A DNA stretch of 64,000 nt, taken from Bacilli bacterium. Lineage in GTDB: Bacteria > Bacillota_I > Bacilli_A > RFN20 > CAG-826. Where the stretch lies: the NCBI GenBank assembly GCA_050952725.1, contig JBMNLN010000001.1, positions 482,487-546,486 on the forward strand, given 5' to 3'. The notes beneath the pieces were generated by a model. The model was not told the origin of the DNA and did not search any database. It saw only the letters and a list, made by a program, of their open reading frames with translations. Both the position numbers and the translations under genes were made by a program. This document shows positions 1 to 8,920 of this stretch, one piece after another; the stretch's first letter is position 1; each line of letters opens with the position of its first letter.

Positions 1-783
1 ATCGAGGGCGAGGGATTTGATCGCGAAACAATTCGCCTTAGCGAAAAAGAAGAAACATTGATCAAACAAACAGCCAAAGTTGCTAATGAATTAATCATTG
101 TAATTGAAGCTGGTTCGGCAATTGATATGAGTGAGTGGATTGATGATGTCTCGGCAGTTATCTTTGCTGGTTTTCTTGGAGATAACACCAATCAAGCAAT
201 CGCTGATATTTTAAGCGGTAAAGTAAATCCATCGGGGAAACTTTCTGAAACTTTCCCTTATATCATTGAAGATACGTACTGCCAATTAGATACTGGCAGA
301 GGGAGTTACGAAGAATACACCGACAAACTCCTCGTTGGTTACCGCTGGTTTGATCAAGAAGAAATCGAACCACTTTTTGAATTTGGCTTTGGTTTAAGTT
401 ATACGAATTTTGCATATTCAGATTTAAAAGTTGAAAAAATCTCGGAAGATTCGTTTGCAGTTACCTACAAAATCAAAAATATCGGTGATATCCCTGGCAA
501 GGAAATATCTCAAGTTTATGTCAGTTCGGTTTCATCGATGGTTCCTAGAGAACGCAAAGCCTTAAAAGGATTCTCCAAAGAGTTAATTAATCCTGGGCAA
601 ACGAAAACTGTGAAAATCGTTCTTGATGCACACGCCTTCGCATATTATGACGTTAACAATAGAGAATATTATGTTGAAAACGGGTATTATGATATCCTGA
701 TAGGAGCCTCAAGTAGAGATATTCGTCTTACCCAACGGGTTAAAATTCAAAAAGATAGCAAAACGCAACATTCAATTTATTAA
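1..783 (+). CDS. GH3 beta-glucosidase, C-terminal part with Fn3-like domain (5'-truncated by window)
   Basis: Frame is open from base 1 (IEGEGFDR). Motifs GKVNPSGKLSETFP, VGYRWFD, FEFGFGLSYTNF, GKEISQVY and LKGFSK are typical of the GH3 C-domain/Fn3. Confidence 0.93.
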   Translation: MEGEGFDRETIRLSEKEETLIKQTAKVANELIIVIEAGSAIDMSEWIDDVSAVIFAGFLGDNTNQAIADILSGKVNPSGKLSETFPYIIEDTYCQLDTGRGSYEEYTDKLLVGYRWFDQEEIEPLFEFGFGLSYTNFAYSDLKVEKISEDSFAVTYKIKNIGDIPGKEISQVYVSSVSSMVPRERKALKGFSKELINPGQTKTVKIVLDAHAFAYYDVNNREYYVENGYYDILIGASSRDIRLTQRVKIQKDSKTQHSIY

Positions 784-925
784 CGATTTGATTTAATTGG
801 AGCAAAATCATACTAAGCTTCCGTTTTTCACCAATTAGACAAACTTTTCCCTTAAACCTATCCGCTTTCATTGAAAGATTGAAAAAAACTATCAAAAAAT
901 GACCACTTGATTTTATTGATTGACT

Positions 926-943
926 AATGAAACCGATTTCATT
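926..943. promoter_or_regulatory. Palindromic LacI/CcpA-type operator candidate AATGAAACCGATTTCATT
   Basis: Near-perfect 18-bp palindrome with central CG, directly after a TTGACT hexamer (920-925) and upstream of the ATG at 993. Confidence 0.5.
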
Positions 944-992
944 GCTCGTAATTATCAATTAATTTAAATTGAAAATAGAAAGGAGTTTAAAT

Positions 993-2225
993 ATGAAGAA
1001 AAAACTTTTATCTGCAAGTCTTTTATTTATGACCACATGCACCGTGATTGGGTTAGCGGTTAACTCCAAAAATGCCATGGGCGCTTTTTGGAAACCCAAA
1101 GGCGGCGGAGTAGATTACGTGATGATTATCGATGAAGCGACGGATAATCCCACGCACAAAACAGGAGCGGTCGGGACATTTTTGAAAACCACAACTAGTG
1201 GTAACCAAATTAGTTTCCCTACTAACCAGTGGGTTTCGTACGCTCCAAATGGATGGGGATCAATTTTTGAAAATGGCGCTCACTGGGATGCCAATCTTTA
1301 CAATTCAACCCCTATTACGGGGATTAAAAAAATTGAACTTCAACTTTGGCTTAATATTTTTAACGGCGCCATCGTGGATGATGCCCCTTATGTTAATTTA
1401 AGCACATGTGCTACCAGTGGCTTTACCGATGGTGTGACCAAACAACGTCTTTCTAAAGGCGAAGGACAAGCTGCTGGTCTAGGAGAAATCTTTGTGGTGG
1501 AAACACCAGATTTACCATCGCATCTGAAAATTGATTTTGGTGATAATGCCAACAACACTTTCACCACGAGTATTGTCAAGATTAAAATCACTTATAGTTG
1601 TGCAGCCCCAACTCAAAAATATATCCACCATGTGAATAATATTAATAATGTCTTCAATGCGACGATGTTAGATGGGGCGGGCTTTAGCAATTTCCAAAGT
1701 TCCTATTATTATCTTGGTAAATATTCTGATGCCGCAATTATCTCCACAACCCTCACGCTGATTGACCACAACGCCCGTGCTTGGTCTGGCATCACCCTTA
1801 CTAATGGATCACCAAACGGAGGTATTACCCCCTCAGATGCTCCAAGAAACTTCCATGCCTATAATGTAGGACTATCAACCCCGGGTTTATTCAGTTTCAT
1901 CAATAAGGATGGAGCGACTGGTTCTACGCTGCGCGACACAGGCAGTGTTTACCCCGCAACCACCGTTGCTGCAACAGGTGAATTAACGATTGTGTTATTA
2001 AATGATACCCTTTACTTCTACATCGATAATGTGTTTAATACACAAAAAGCTCTTTCGGAAAACTTTATGGGCGGATTTGCCGCGGGTCAACAATATATGT
2101 TAGGCCTATACTGGAGCAACTACTTCAATGCATCCCGCACCTCGACTTTAACCAAAGAAATTTACGGTGCGACTGATGTCCAAGCAGAAATTGCTGCAAA
2201 TGATGTCTTTGCCAATCTCCGCTAA
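993..2225 (+). CDS. Secreted/surface hypothetical protein, beta-rich
   Basis: AGGAG RBS before ATG 993; signal-peptide-like N-terminus (MKKKLLSASLLF...). The N-terminal domain ends ITYSC and is followed by a beta-sandwich-like domain. Confidence 0.8.
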   Translation: MKKKLLSASLLFMTTCTVIGLAVNSKNAMGAFWKPKGGGVDYVMIIDEATDNPTHKTGAVGTFLKTTTSGNQISFPTNQWVSYAPNGWGSIFENGAHWDANLYNSTPITGIKKIELQLWLNIFNGAIVDDAPYVNLSTCATSGFTDGVTKQRLSKGEGQAAGLGEIFVVETPDLPSHLKIDFGDNANNTFTTSIVKIKITYSCAAPTQKYIHHVNNINNVFNATMLDGAGFSNFQSSYYYLGKYSDAAIISTTLTLIDHNARAWSGITLTNGSPNGGITPSDAPRNFHAYNVGLSTPGLFSFINKDGATGSTLRDTGSVYPATTVAATGELTIVLLNDTLYFYIDNVFNTQKALSENFMGGFAAGQQYMLGLYWSNYFNASRTSTLTKEIYGATDVQAEIAANDVFANLR

Positions 2226-2261
2226 GATTAACGTTTTCATCTAAAACTCTTACAGAGATTT

Positions 2262-2298
2262 ACTCCTCTTCCTGCTTTAACGGGAAGAGGAGTTTTTT
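2262..2298 (+). terminator. Rho-independent terminator
   Basis: Hairpin ACTCCTCTTCC...GGAAGAGGAGT followed by a T-run. Confidence 0.8.
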
Positions 2299-2305
2299 GA
2301 TGATA

Positions 2306-2338
2306 TAAAAAGTAGACAACATCAACTGTTGTCTACCT
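2306..2338 (-). terminator. Rho-independent terminator of the minus-strand operon
   Basis: Stem GTAGACAAC...GTTGTCTAC with an A-run on its left (U-tail on the minus strand), downstream of the stop at 2376. Confidence 0.7.
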
Positions 2339-2375
2339 TCTTTAGTTTTTAATCAGTGGGATTAAGGGGTTAAAC

Positions 2376-3947
2376 TTATTTAATTCTCTGATCAGTTTCT
2401 TTATCAAAGAAATAAATGTGCTCGATTTTAAAGCAGATACTCACTAGGTCATAAGTTTTAATTTTATGAAGCGCTTCGGTTTTGGCAGTAATCTTTGTGC
2501 CGAAGAAATCAAAATGCAAGAGAAGTTCTGAACCGAGTAATTCCGCATAATAACATTCGAGTTCCAGAGGTTTACTGACTAAGGTATCACCTTTTTCTTT
2601 CTCTAAAACAATCGCTTCGGGCCGGATACCGATGGTGATTTCTTGATTTTCATAGGCTTGAAGGCACTTGGCTTGTTTAGCGTTTAAATCAATGACATAT
2701 TTACCTTTATCATCAGAAATAATCAATTGCTTGTTTTGGACAAGAGCATCGATAAAGTTCATGTTGGGCGCCCCGATAAAGCCGGCGACAAATTTATTCG
2801 CGGGATCAGAATAAACTTCATCGGGAGTGCCAATCTGTTGAATCCAACCATCTTTCATTACCACAATTCTGGTGGCCATGGTCATCGCTTCAACTTGATC
2901 GTGGGTCACATAAATAGTCGTTCCCCCAGTGTTTTCGTGGATTTTGGAGATTTCAGCCCGCATCGCCGCCCGCAATTTAGCGTCGAGATTTGATAATGGC
3001 TCATCCATCAAATAGACTTTGGGTTTTCGCACGATAGCGCGTCCAAGTGCTACCCGTTGACGTTGTCCACCTGAGAGAGCTTTCGGTTTTCTGAAAAGAT
3101 ATTTAGTCAAATCAAGAAGAAGTGCGGTTTTATTGATTTCAATTGCAATTTCCAAAGGAGTCAAATGTCTTTTTTCAAAAAGTTGCACTTCGTTTTTTTC
3201 TAAAAAAGCGATTCTTTCTTCGAGTTCTTTAATTTGGGTGGTCTTTTGTTCAATCGCACTCACGACCACACTCTTAATAGAATCATAAGTGGTTCCTTCA
3301 ACCGGGATTAGTAAACCTTTATCTTGTTTTGCCTTTAAACTCACAAGGGTTTTTTCCGCCGCCGCAATCTCTTTCATAAGTTTTTTAATCGTGGTTTTAG
3401 AATTAGCAATTTCTTTAACATCAATCCCGTATGTTGGTTTTAAAGAGGCATCATATTGTTCTTTCAATTCGAAGATTTGGTCGAATAATTCCATGTGTGC
3501 GTTTAGCAATTCTTCGCTATCTTGTTTTTTGGCAAATTTCCGATCGATGCGTTTAACTTTAACATAGGTTTCATCTAATTCTTTTTTGATTTCAAGATTA
3601 GCCGCGGATGCATCAAGAAGAGGCATTTTGATTTTTCTAACTTTTAAAGCAAACGCCATATTTTCAAAAACGGTCATCTGCGGATAAAGCGCATAACTTT
3701 GAAAGACCATCGCGATATCGCGATCTTTGGGAACGACGTTGTTAACCAGTTTGCCATCGATGTAGAGTTCACCAGAAGTGATGTCTTCAAGGCCGGCTAC
3801 CATTCTTAAGGTTGTCGATTTCCCACATCCAGAGGGACCGACAAAAACGATGAATTCTTCGTCTTTAATTTCGAGATTGAAATCAAAGACAGCTTGGACG
3901 TTATTGTCATAAATCTTGTTGATGTTTTTAAATGTGATTGTCGCCAT
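2376..3947 (-). CDS. MsmX/MalK-type sugar ABC ATPase with large charged coiled-coil insertion
   Basis: Walker A GPSGCGKST, VFQSYALYP, LSGGQRQR, MDEPLSNLD, YVTHDQ and a C-terminal TOBE-like region. About 160 aa of Lys/Glu-rich sequence is inserted in the helical subdomain. Confidence 0.92.
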   Translation of the reverse strand: MATITFKNINKIYDNNVQAVFDFNLEIKDEEFIVFVGPSGCGKSTTLRMVAGLEDITSGELYIDGKLVNNVVPKDRDIAMVFQSYALYPQMTVFENMAFALKVRKIKMPLLDASAANLEIKKELDETYVKVKRIDRKFAKKQDSEELLNAHMELFDQIFELKEQYDASLKPTYGIDVKEIANSKTTIKKLMKEIAAAEKTLVSLKAKQDKGLLIPVEGTTYDSIKSVVVSAIEQKTTQIKELEERIAFLEKNEVQLFEKRHLTPLEIAIEINKTALLLDLTKYLFRKPKALSGGQRQRVALGRAIVRKPKVYLMDEPLSNLDAKLRAAMRAEISKIHENTGGTTIYVTHDQVEAMTMATRIVVMKDGWIQQIGTPDEVYSDPANKFVAGFIGAPNMNFIDALVQNKQLIISDDKGKYVIDLNAKQAKCLQAYENQEITIGIRPEAIVLEKEKGDTLVSKPLELECYYAELLGSELLLHFDFFGTKITAKTEALHKIKTYDLVSICFKIEHIYFFDKETDQRIK

Positions 3948-4815
3948 GGTTTTCTCCTTCTTGCTTGGCTAACCCTTTGCGATAAAACTCAAGGTAGTCG
4001 TGGACATTAATAAATTTATCAAAAATATGGGCGATAAATAATTTCCAAAGCAGCAAATAAATTGGCACGATAACTATTATTAGTATGCTGATAATTAAAA
4101 TAATAATAAATAGTTGGCTAATATTTGAGAGATAAAGGACAAAAAATAAGCCAATGGAGAAAAGCCCAGTCGGGATTAAAGTGAGCACGGTAAATTTAAA
4201 AGAAGCTTGGATATTATTGATGAAAGTAATGTTATAAGTCGAGTTTAATTCAAGCATCAACATCATCGTTGGCACGACGAATAAATAGACGACAATGACT
4301 AAAACGCCGTTTAAAATCGCAGATAGTGTCGAACCTTCAAAAGTTAAATAATTGGAGCCAAAACTATAAACCGCCTTGACTAATCCAAAAATAATAGCAG
4401 CGAATAAATACGCTTTCCATGCTTTTTTAATGCCGTTGATAAAATCATCTTTAAATAAAACGCCCTCGCCATAAACGAGATTACTCATAACCCTCATTGT
4501 TCCCGCGAGTCCTAAACTTAGCACGGAGTAAGGGATGATAGTCCCAAGATCGAATAAGGCATGGAAGATGATCATATTAAATTGAATCGTTCGCTCATCA
4601 AGGCCGCCTTCAATTAAAGCTGAACTATAAAAAGCGGCATAAAAAAACCGAAAAGCATATAAAACCAGATATGGAAGTGCGAAAAGAAAGAGAATAAATC
4701 CTAACGCCAAAAGTGTCTTCCATTCATTCTTAAACAAGTCCTTAAACTGTTCTCGTCGAGTTTGAGGGAGCAAACTAGAGGTGAAATCAGCTTTTGGGTG
4801 CTTAATCTTTTTCAT
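3928..4815 (-). CDS. YesL/DUF624-like multi-pass membrane protein
   Basis: About 6 hydrophobic segments and a 'LGLAG...FKDDFINGIKK' pattern; paralogue of 48237..49058. Confidence 0.65.
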   Translation of the reverse strand: MKKIKHPKADFTSSLLPQTRREQFKDLFKNEWKTLLALGFILFLFALPYLVLYAFRFFYAAFYSSALIEGGLDERTIQFNMIIFHALFDLGTIIPYSVLSLGLAGTMRVMSNLVYGEGVLFKDDFINGIKKAWKAYLFAAIIFGLVKAVYSFGSNYLTFEGSTLSAILNGVLVIVVYLFVVPTMMLMLELNSTYNITFINNIQASFKFTVLTLIPTGLFSIGLFFVLYLSNISQLFIIILIISILIIVIVPIYLLLWKLFIAHIFDKFINVHDYLEFYRKGLAKQEGENHGDNHI

Positions 4816-5401
4816 CGAAAACCTTTCTTAAAAATGCCATGATTTGATCATCCTTGCAATCGGCTTCAAAGCCTTCAGCGTGGACGGAGTTACGGTTAAC
4901 AAAGGCAAAGTAATTTTCATCCTGATATTCGACATCCTCACTCCAAGGACAATCATTTCCTTTGCCGAAGAAGATACCGACATGTTTGTTTGCTTCAAAT
5001 ACATAATTAGTTTCAGCGAAAAACTCGTTGTCTGACGAGAGGACAGAATAAACGGATAAATCCACTAAGGGAAAACTGCTTTCAGGCAAGATGATAAGAT
5101 CACTTAATAATGCTTCAGCCCCGTAACGAATAGCGAAATATGAATTGCTAGGTGCACAACTTGAAAAGGTGTTTTTGATATTCCCATATTCACTGACATA
5201 GTCGCCGATTCTTTGGGAAATGGTCGCGGTGGGTTTTAAATCTGCCCCGAGAAAAACCGCAAATCTTTCAGCTTTACTAGGGGTGGTTTTTAATTCAATT
5301 CCCGCGCACAAAAAGATGGGAACGAGGACAGCAAAAATCACATAAAAATACACGCGGTGTAAAAAGGATTTTTTGAAGGGAAATTTAATCTTTACTTTCA
5401 T
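4802..5401 (-). CDS. Membrane-anchored extracellular protein of unknown function
   Basis: Single N-terminal TM. Likely start is ATG 5401, overlapping the upstream stop (ORF track starts at 5467). Paralogue of 50266..50832. Confidence 0.7.
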   Translation of the reverse strand: MKVKIKFPFKKSFLHRVYFYVIFAVLVPIFLCAGIELKTTPSKAERFAVFLGADLKPTATISQRIGDYVSEYGNIKNTFSSCAPSNSYFAIRYGAEALLSDLIILPESSFPLVDLSVYSVLSSDNEFFAETNYVFEANKHVGIFFGKGNDCPWSEDVEYQDENYFAFVNRNSVHAEGFEADCKDDQIMAFLRKVFDEKD

Positions 5402-5864
5402 AGCCAATGATGTAATGATGCGCTTCCTTAATGAGATAGTTTTTTTCTTCTTCAAAGACATTATCAAAAATATTGCTCAAATATAAGACACTCTTTTTCT
5501 TGTTTTCCTCGACGGTAATCACATAAACACAAGAAGAATCCGCTAGTGTAATAAAGCGTTTGGGGCTCGCGATGATTTTTACTTCTTTAATCGTGTTTGA
5601 GGCAGCAACTAGGTATTTATATTCTGAGACAATAATCATCAGATACTTGGATTTATCAATGCAATATATAAGAGAAATAACCGAAAACACCGCTAAAAGT
5701 GAGGCGAAAATCATAAAGAGCGCTTTCTTATCATAAGTCGCAAAAAGTAGTAACAATACTTCAATGACTACAAACAAAATAATGATTGAAATAGATAAAA
5801 CTTTAAGAGAAAAAATCCTTTTCTCGATTTTACTACAATCTGTTTCGAAATATAAATTAATCAT
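5385..5864 (-). CDS. Small 2-TM membrane protein of unknown function
   Basis: Two N-terminal TMs plus a beta-rich tail; translationally coupled; paralogue of 49788..50273. Confidence 0.75.
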   Translation of the reverse strand: MINLYFETDCSKIEKRIFSLKVLSISIIILFVVIEVLLLLFATYDKKALFMIFASLLAVFSVISLIYCIDKSKYLMIIVSEYKYLVAASNTIKEVKIIASPKRFITLADSSCVYVITVEENKKKSVLYLSNIFDNVFEEEKNYLIKEAHHYIIGYESKD

Positions 5865-6579
5865 GCAAGAAAAAAAATCCTTTCACAATCGGATTATCAG
5901 ATGCGATAACTTGCTCTTTAGTTCCCGCTTCAACCACCATGCCCTCGTCCATGATGACAAAATAATCGCCGATTAAGAGGGCGGTCTCGACATCATGACA
6001 AACAAAGACCACGGTCGCATGATATAAAGTAAAAATCGCTTTCATCTCTTGGATGATATTGGCCGATGTTTGCCCATCCAGCGCGGAGAAGGGCTCATCA
6101 AAAAAGTAGGCATTGGGTTTCTTGATTAATGAGCGAGCAATAGCGACGCGCTGACATTGACCCTCCGATAAATCTTTGGGTTTTCTAGTTAAACATTCAC
6201 TGATCTTCATTAGTCGCGCTACTTCATGAACGCGGGCTCTGACCTCGTCTCCAGAAATTCGCAAAGCTTTTAAGGGCATCGCAATATTATTAAAAGTGGT
6301 AAGTTTTGGGAATAAGGAGAAGTTTTGACTAACATAGGAAAAAACTCGATCTTGCACGGAAATATATCTTAAATCAGTATTATCGAACAAGATTTCCCCC
6401 TCATAATCAACCAAACCGAGAATCGCTTTAAGTAATGTGGTTTTACCACAGCCACTTGCCCCGATAATCGCAGTAACTTGATGTTTAGGTAAAGCCACGG
6501 AGACATTATTTAAAATATTAAATATTTCCGTTTTAGTTTTATAGGTGACATTCACATTTTTTAGCACAATACCAGACAT
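5857..6579 (-). CDS. Short ABC transporter ATP-binding protein
   Basis: GASGCGKTT, LSEGQ signature, FFDEPF, VCHD; no TOBE domain. Confidence 0.9.
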   Translation of the reverse strand: MSGIVLKNVNVTYKTKTEIFNILNNVSVALPKHQVTAIIGASGCGKTTLLKAILGLVDYEGEILFDNTDLRYISVQDRVFSYVSQNFSLFPKLTTFNNIAMPLKALRISGDEVRARVHEVARLMKISECLTRKPKDLSEGQCQRVAIARSLIKKPNAYFFDEPFSALDGQTSANIIQEMKAIFTLYHATVVFVCHDVETALLIGDYFVIMDEGMVVEAGTKEQVIASDNPIVKGFFFLHD

Positions 6580-6927
6580 ACTATAAATTATACCCTTTTC
6601 AAAGTTTGATTTCCCATGTTAGCAAAGTAACACAAAAAAAGCATTTTTGTTTTAGGTTATTTTCCTTTCAAATCTCATTTCTAAAATTTTCTTCGTGTTG
6701 GTCTGTAATTGTAATCCGCGCGTATCATTATAATACATAAGATAATCCCGAAGTATGGATGTCAGGACTAAGCATCATTCTCAAGAGGTGAAAGTGCTCA
6801 ATTAATTCTGGTTTTTGGACATTTATTAATCAAAAAGTGATTAATGATGTTCGTTGGAAAAATATTTGCTAATATTCTATTTAGTCTGTTCAAATTTTAC
6901 AAAGAACAGTCTTTGAAAAAAAGAAGA

Positions 6928-7656
6928 ATGGAAAGCATCAAATCGAGAATAACAGTCAAATCCCTATTTATGTACACTCTGATGATTGTGAGCGGTATCC
7001 TAATCATCATTTTTTCCATTCAAAGAAGAGCACCAATCATTAAGGTAATCCCCTGTCTGGTCACGCTTTTAGTACAATTTTTTAACAGTAAGGCGAATAG
7101 GTATGCAAAAGTTATCGGTGGGATTAATAGCATTATCTACGCCATCGGCTTTTTCATGGATGGTCTTTGGGGACCATTTTTAAATGCCCTACTCATTTCT
7201 TCAACATTGCAATTTATCACCTTCCTTAGATGGAATAAAAATAAATATAAACAAGGTACAATCTATCGAAAACTATCACCAAGATTAAAGATTATCGTAT
7301 ATATTTCAGTGTTTTGTGTCTCAATTGTTTTTGCGAGAATTTTTCAAATGCTTCCAAATACAACTTACCCAGAGCTCAACGGAGTTATCTTTGGCTTATC
7401 CCTTGTTATCACTTTCTTACTTATGTTCGCTGTGATTGACGGAGTTGCAATAAACATCCTTAACTGTTCATTATCGCTTGCGATGTACATCTATATGGTG
7501 GTGACCCAAAGTCCAGAAAACCTGCATTATATTGTCATCATGTCATATTCGGTAATTTCCGAAACACTATGTTTCTTTACATGGCAAAAATTATACAAAG
7601 AACAGACAGCAATTAGAGGAAAACCGCTGCTTGATTTTGAAAAAGCCTCCTTATAA
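6928..7656 (+). CDS. PnuC-family (nicotinamide riboside/vitamin) transporter-like membrane protein
   Basis: About 7-8 TMs with 'GGINSIIYA' and 'LQFITFLRWNKN' patterns. Start uncertain (ORF track 6844; 6928 preferred). Confidence 0.65.
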   Translation: MESIKSRITVKSLFMYTLMIVSGILIIIFSIQRRAPIIKVIPCLVTLLVQFFNSKANRYAKVIGGINSIIYAIGFFMDGLWGPFLNALLISSTLQFITFLRWNKNKYKQGTIYRKLSPRLKIIVYISVFCVSIVFARIFQMLPNTTYPELNGVIFGLSLVITFLLMFAVIDGVAINILNCSLSLAMYIYMVVTQSPENLHYIVIMSYSVISETLCFFTWQKLYKEQTAIRGKPLLDFEKASL

Positions 7657-7975
7657 GATTTTTTAAGACTTACAACTGCTTCGACATGAGGCACTGTGTT
7701 TGTTAACTTAATCAACAAAAAAATAATTTGCAATAAATTTAGTTGTTATTTTTAAAAACATTTGATTTTTTCATTATAATCATTAAAAATTGAGGACCGA
7801 ATCAGCGAACTTTTACGATGCTTATTTTCGAGGCAAATCAAGCATTATATCATTGAAAATCCGTCCAGTTTTAATGGTGCTTTTCCAAAAAAACCATAGC
7901 ATATCCGCCATGTAAATCTGAATTTCAATTTAAATGATTGAGCGAATTCAAAAAGATTTTTAAAGAGTTAACGGA

Positions 7976-8920
7976 TTAAAAATATTTATTAATTACTTCG
8001 ACATAATCTTTAAAAGCTTGTGTGCCGAATCGTTCAAACCATTGTTTATTAATAAAACCTGCAAAGGTTGTAATTGTTGTCGCACCAGAACTTTTATAAA
8101 ATTCACAGTCGCGGGCAAGAACTTCTTTATTAATAACAATATTTGATACATTTTCTTTTTTCCACTGGCAAAAGTATGAAGCATCTAAGTAATACTCAAG
8201 AATTTCAATATCTTTGAACTTATTTTTGAGCGCATTAAGTACCGCTCTATTATGTTTGTTTTTCTCATCATTTGATGTGATTGGTTCATTGTGATTGCGT
8301 AAGATTGGCGCAAATTGCAAAAAAAGATTATCGCTATGTTCAATGGTGATTTCTCCCATAGCATCTTGATAGGCTAAGAAAGACAATTTTGCGTTTTCAT
8401 CATATCTTTTTAATCCCTTAAGCATGGCTTCTGCGATAATTATCGCCTGATCAGCCCCGGTTAATTTTGCACATTTCTTGCAATAACAAATAGAATCTAT
8501 ACTATCATCTGGCCATAAATAATATTTATGATTTTTTTGCCGTAGAGCAAGAGCCAATTCATAGGTTCTATTTTCAATATATTGGAGAACCTCAGCGTTT
8601 GAGGGACATAAATTCCAATCATTTATGCGTTCGTGATCTTTGTTTTCTCTAAACCATTCTCGATGATTTTCAAATAAAGACTTAGGCAGAAGATAATCAA
8701 GGACGTGCAATTGATGGACAAAAATAAAACCTTCGGCTTCAAACTTTTCAATTAGCGCTTTGGTTGATTCGCGATGAAGCCATTCTAAATAAGCTTCGAC
8801 ACCACCCAATTTATATAGAGAATGGAGGCCGATTAGTTTGATGGAACTTGCCTTTAAAATAGGGAGCCAATCTTCCGTAAAATCATTATATATGATGATT
8901 ATTCCTTTGTTGTACATCAA
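7976..8920 (-). CDS. DUF4838-like cytoplasmic barrel protein with CxCxxC motif
   Basis: LLPKSLFENHREWF, NLCPSN, LWPDD..CYCKKC, LSFLAYQ, LEYYLD. Confidence 0.65.
   Translation of the reverse strand: MMYNKGIIIIYNDFTEDWLPILKASSIKLIGLHSLYKLGGVEAYLEWLHRESTKALIEKFEAEGFIFVHQLHVLDYLLPKSLFENHREWFRENKDHERINDWNLCPSNAEVLQYIENRTYELALALRQKNHKYYLWPDDSIDSICYCKKCAKLTGADQAIIIAEAMLKGLKRYDENAKLSFLAYQDAMGEITIEHSDNLFLQFAPILRNHNEPITSNDEKNKHNRAVLNALKNKFKDIEILEYYLDASYFCQWKKENVSNIVINKEVLARDCEFYKSSGATTITTFAGFINKQWFERFGTQAFKDYVEVINKYF

Noticed and set aside
6741-6852. TPP, FMN, purine or NAD-II riboswitch upstream of the pnuC-like gene
   Set aside because: The conserved cores (e.g. CUGAGA for TPP, UUUCUACC for purine) are absent; kept only as an unclassified leader.
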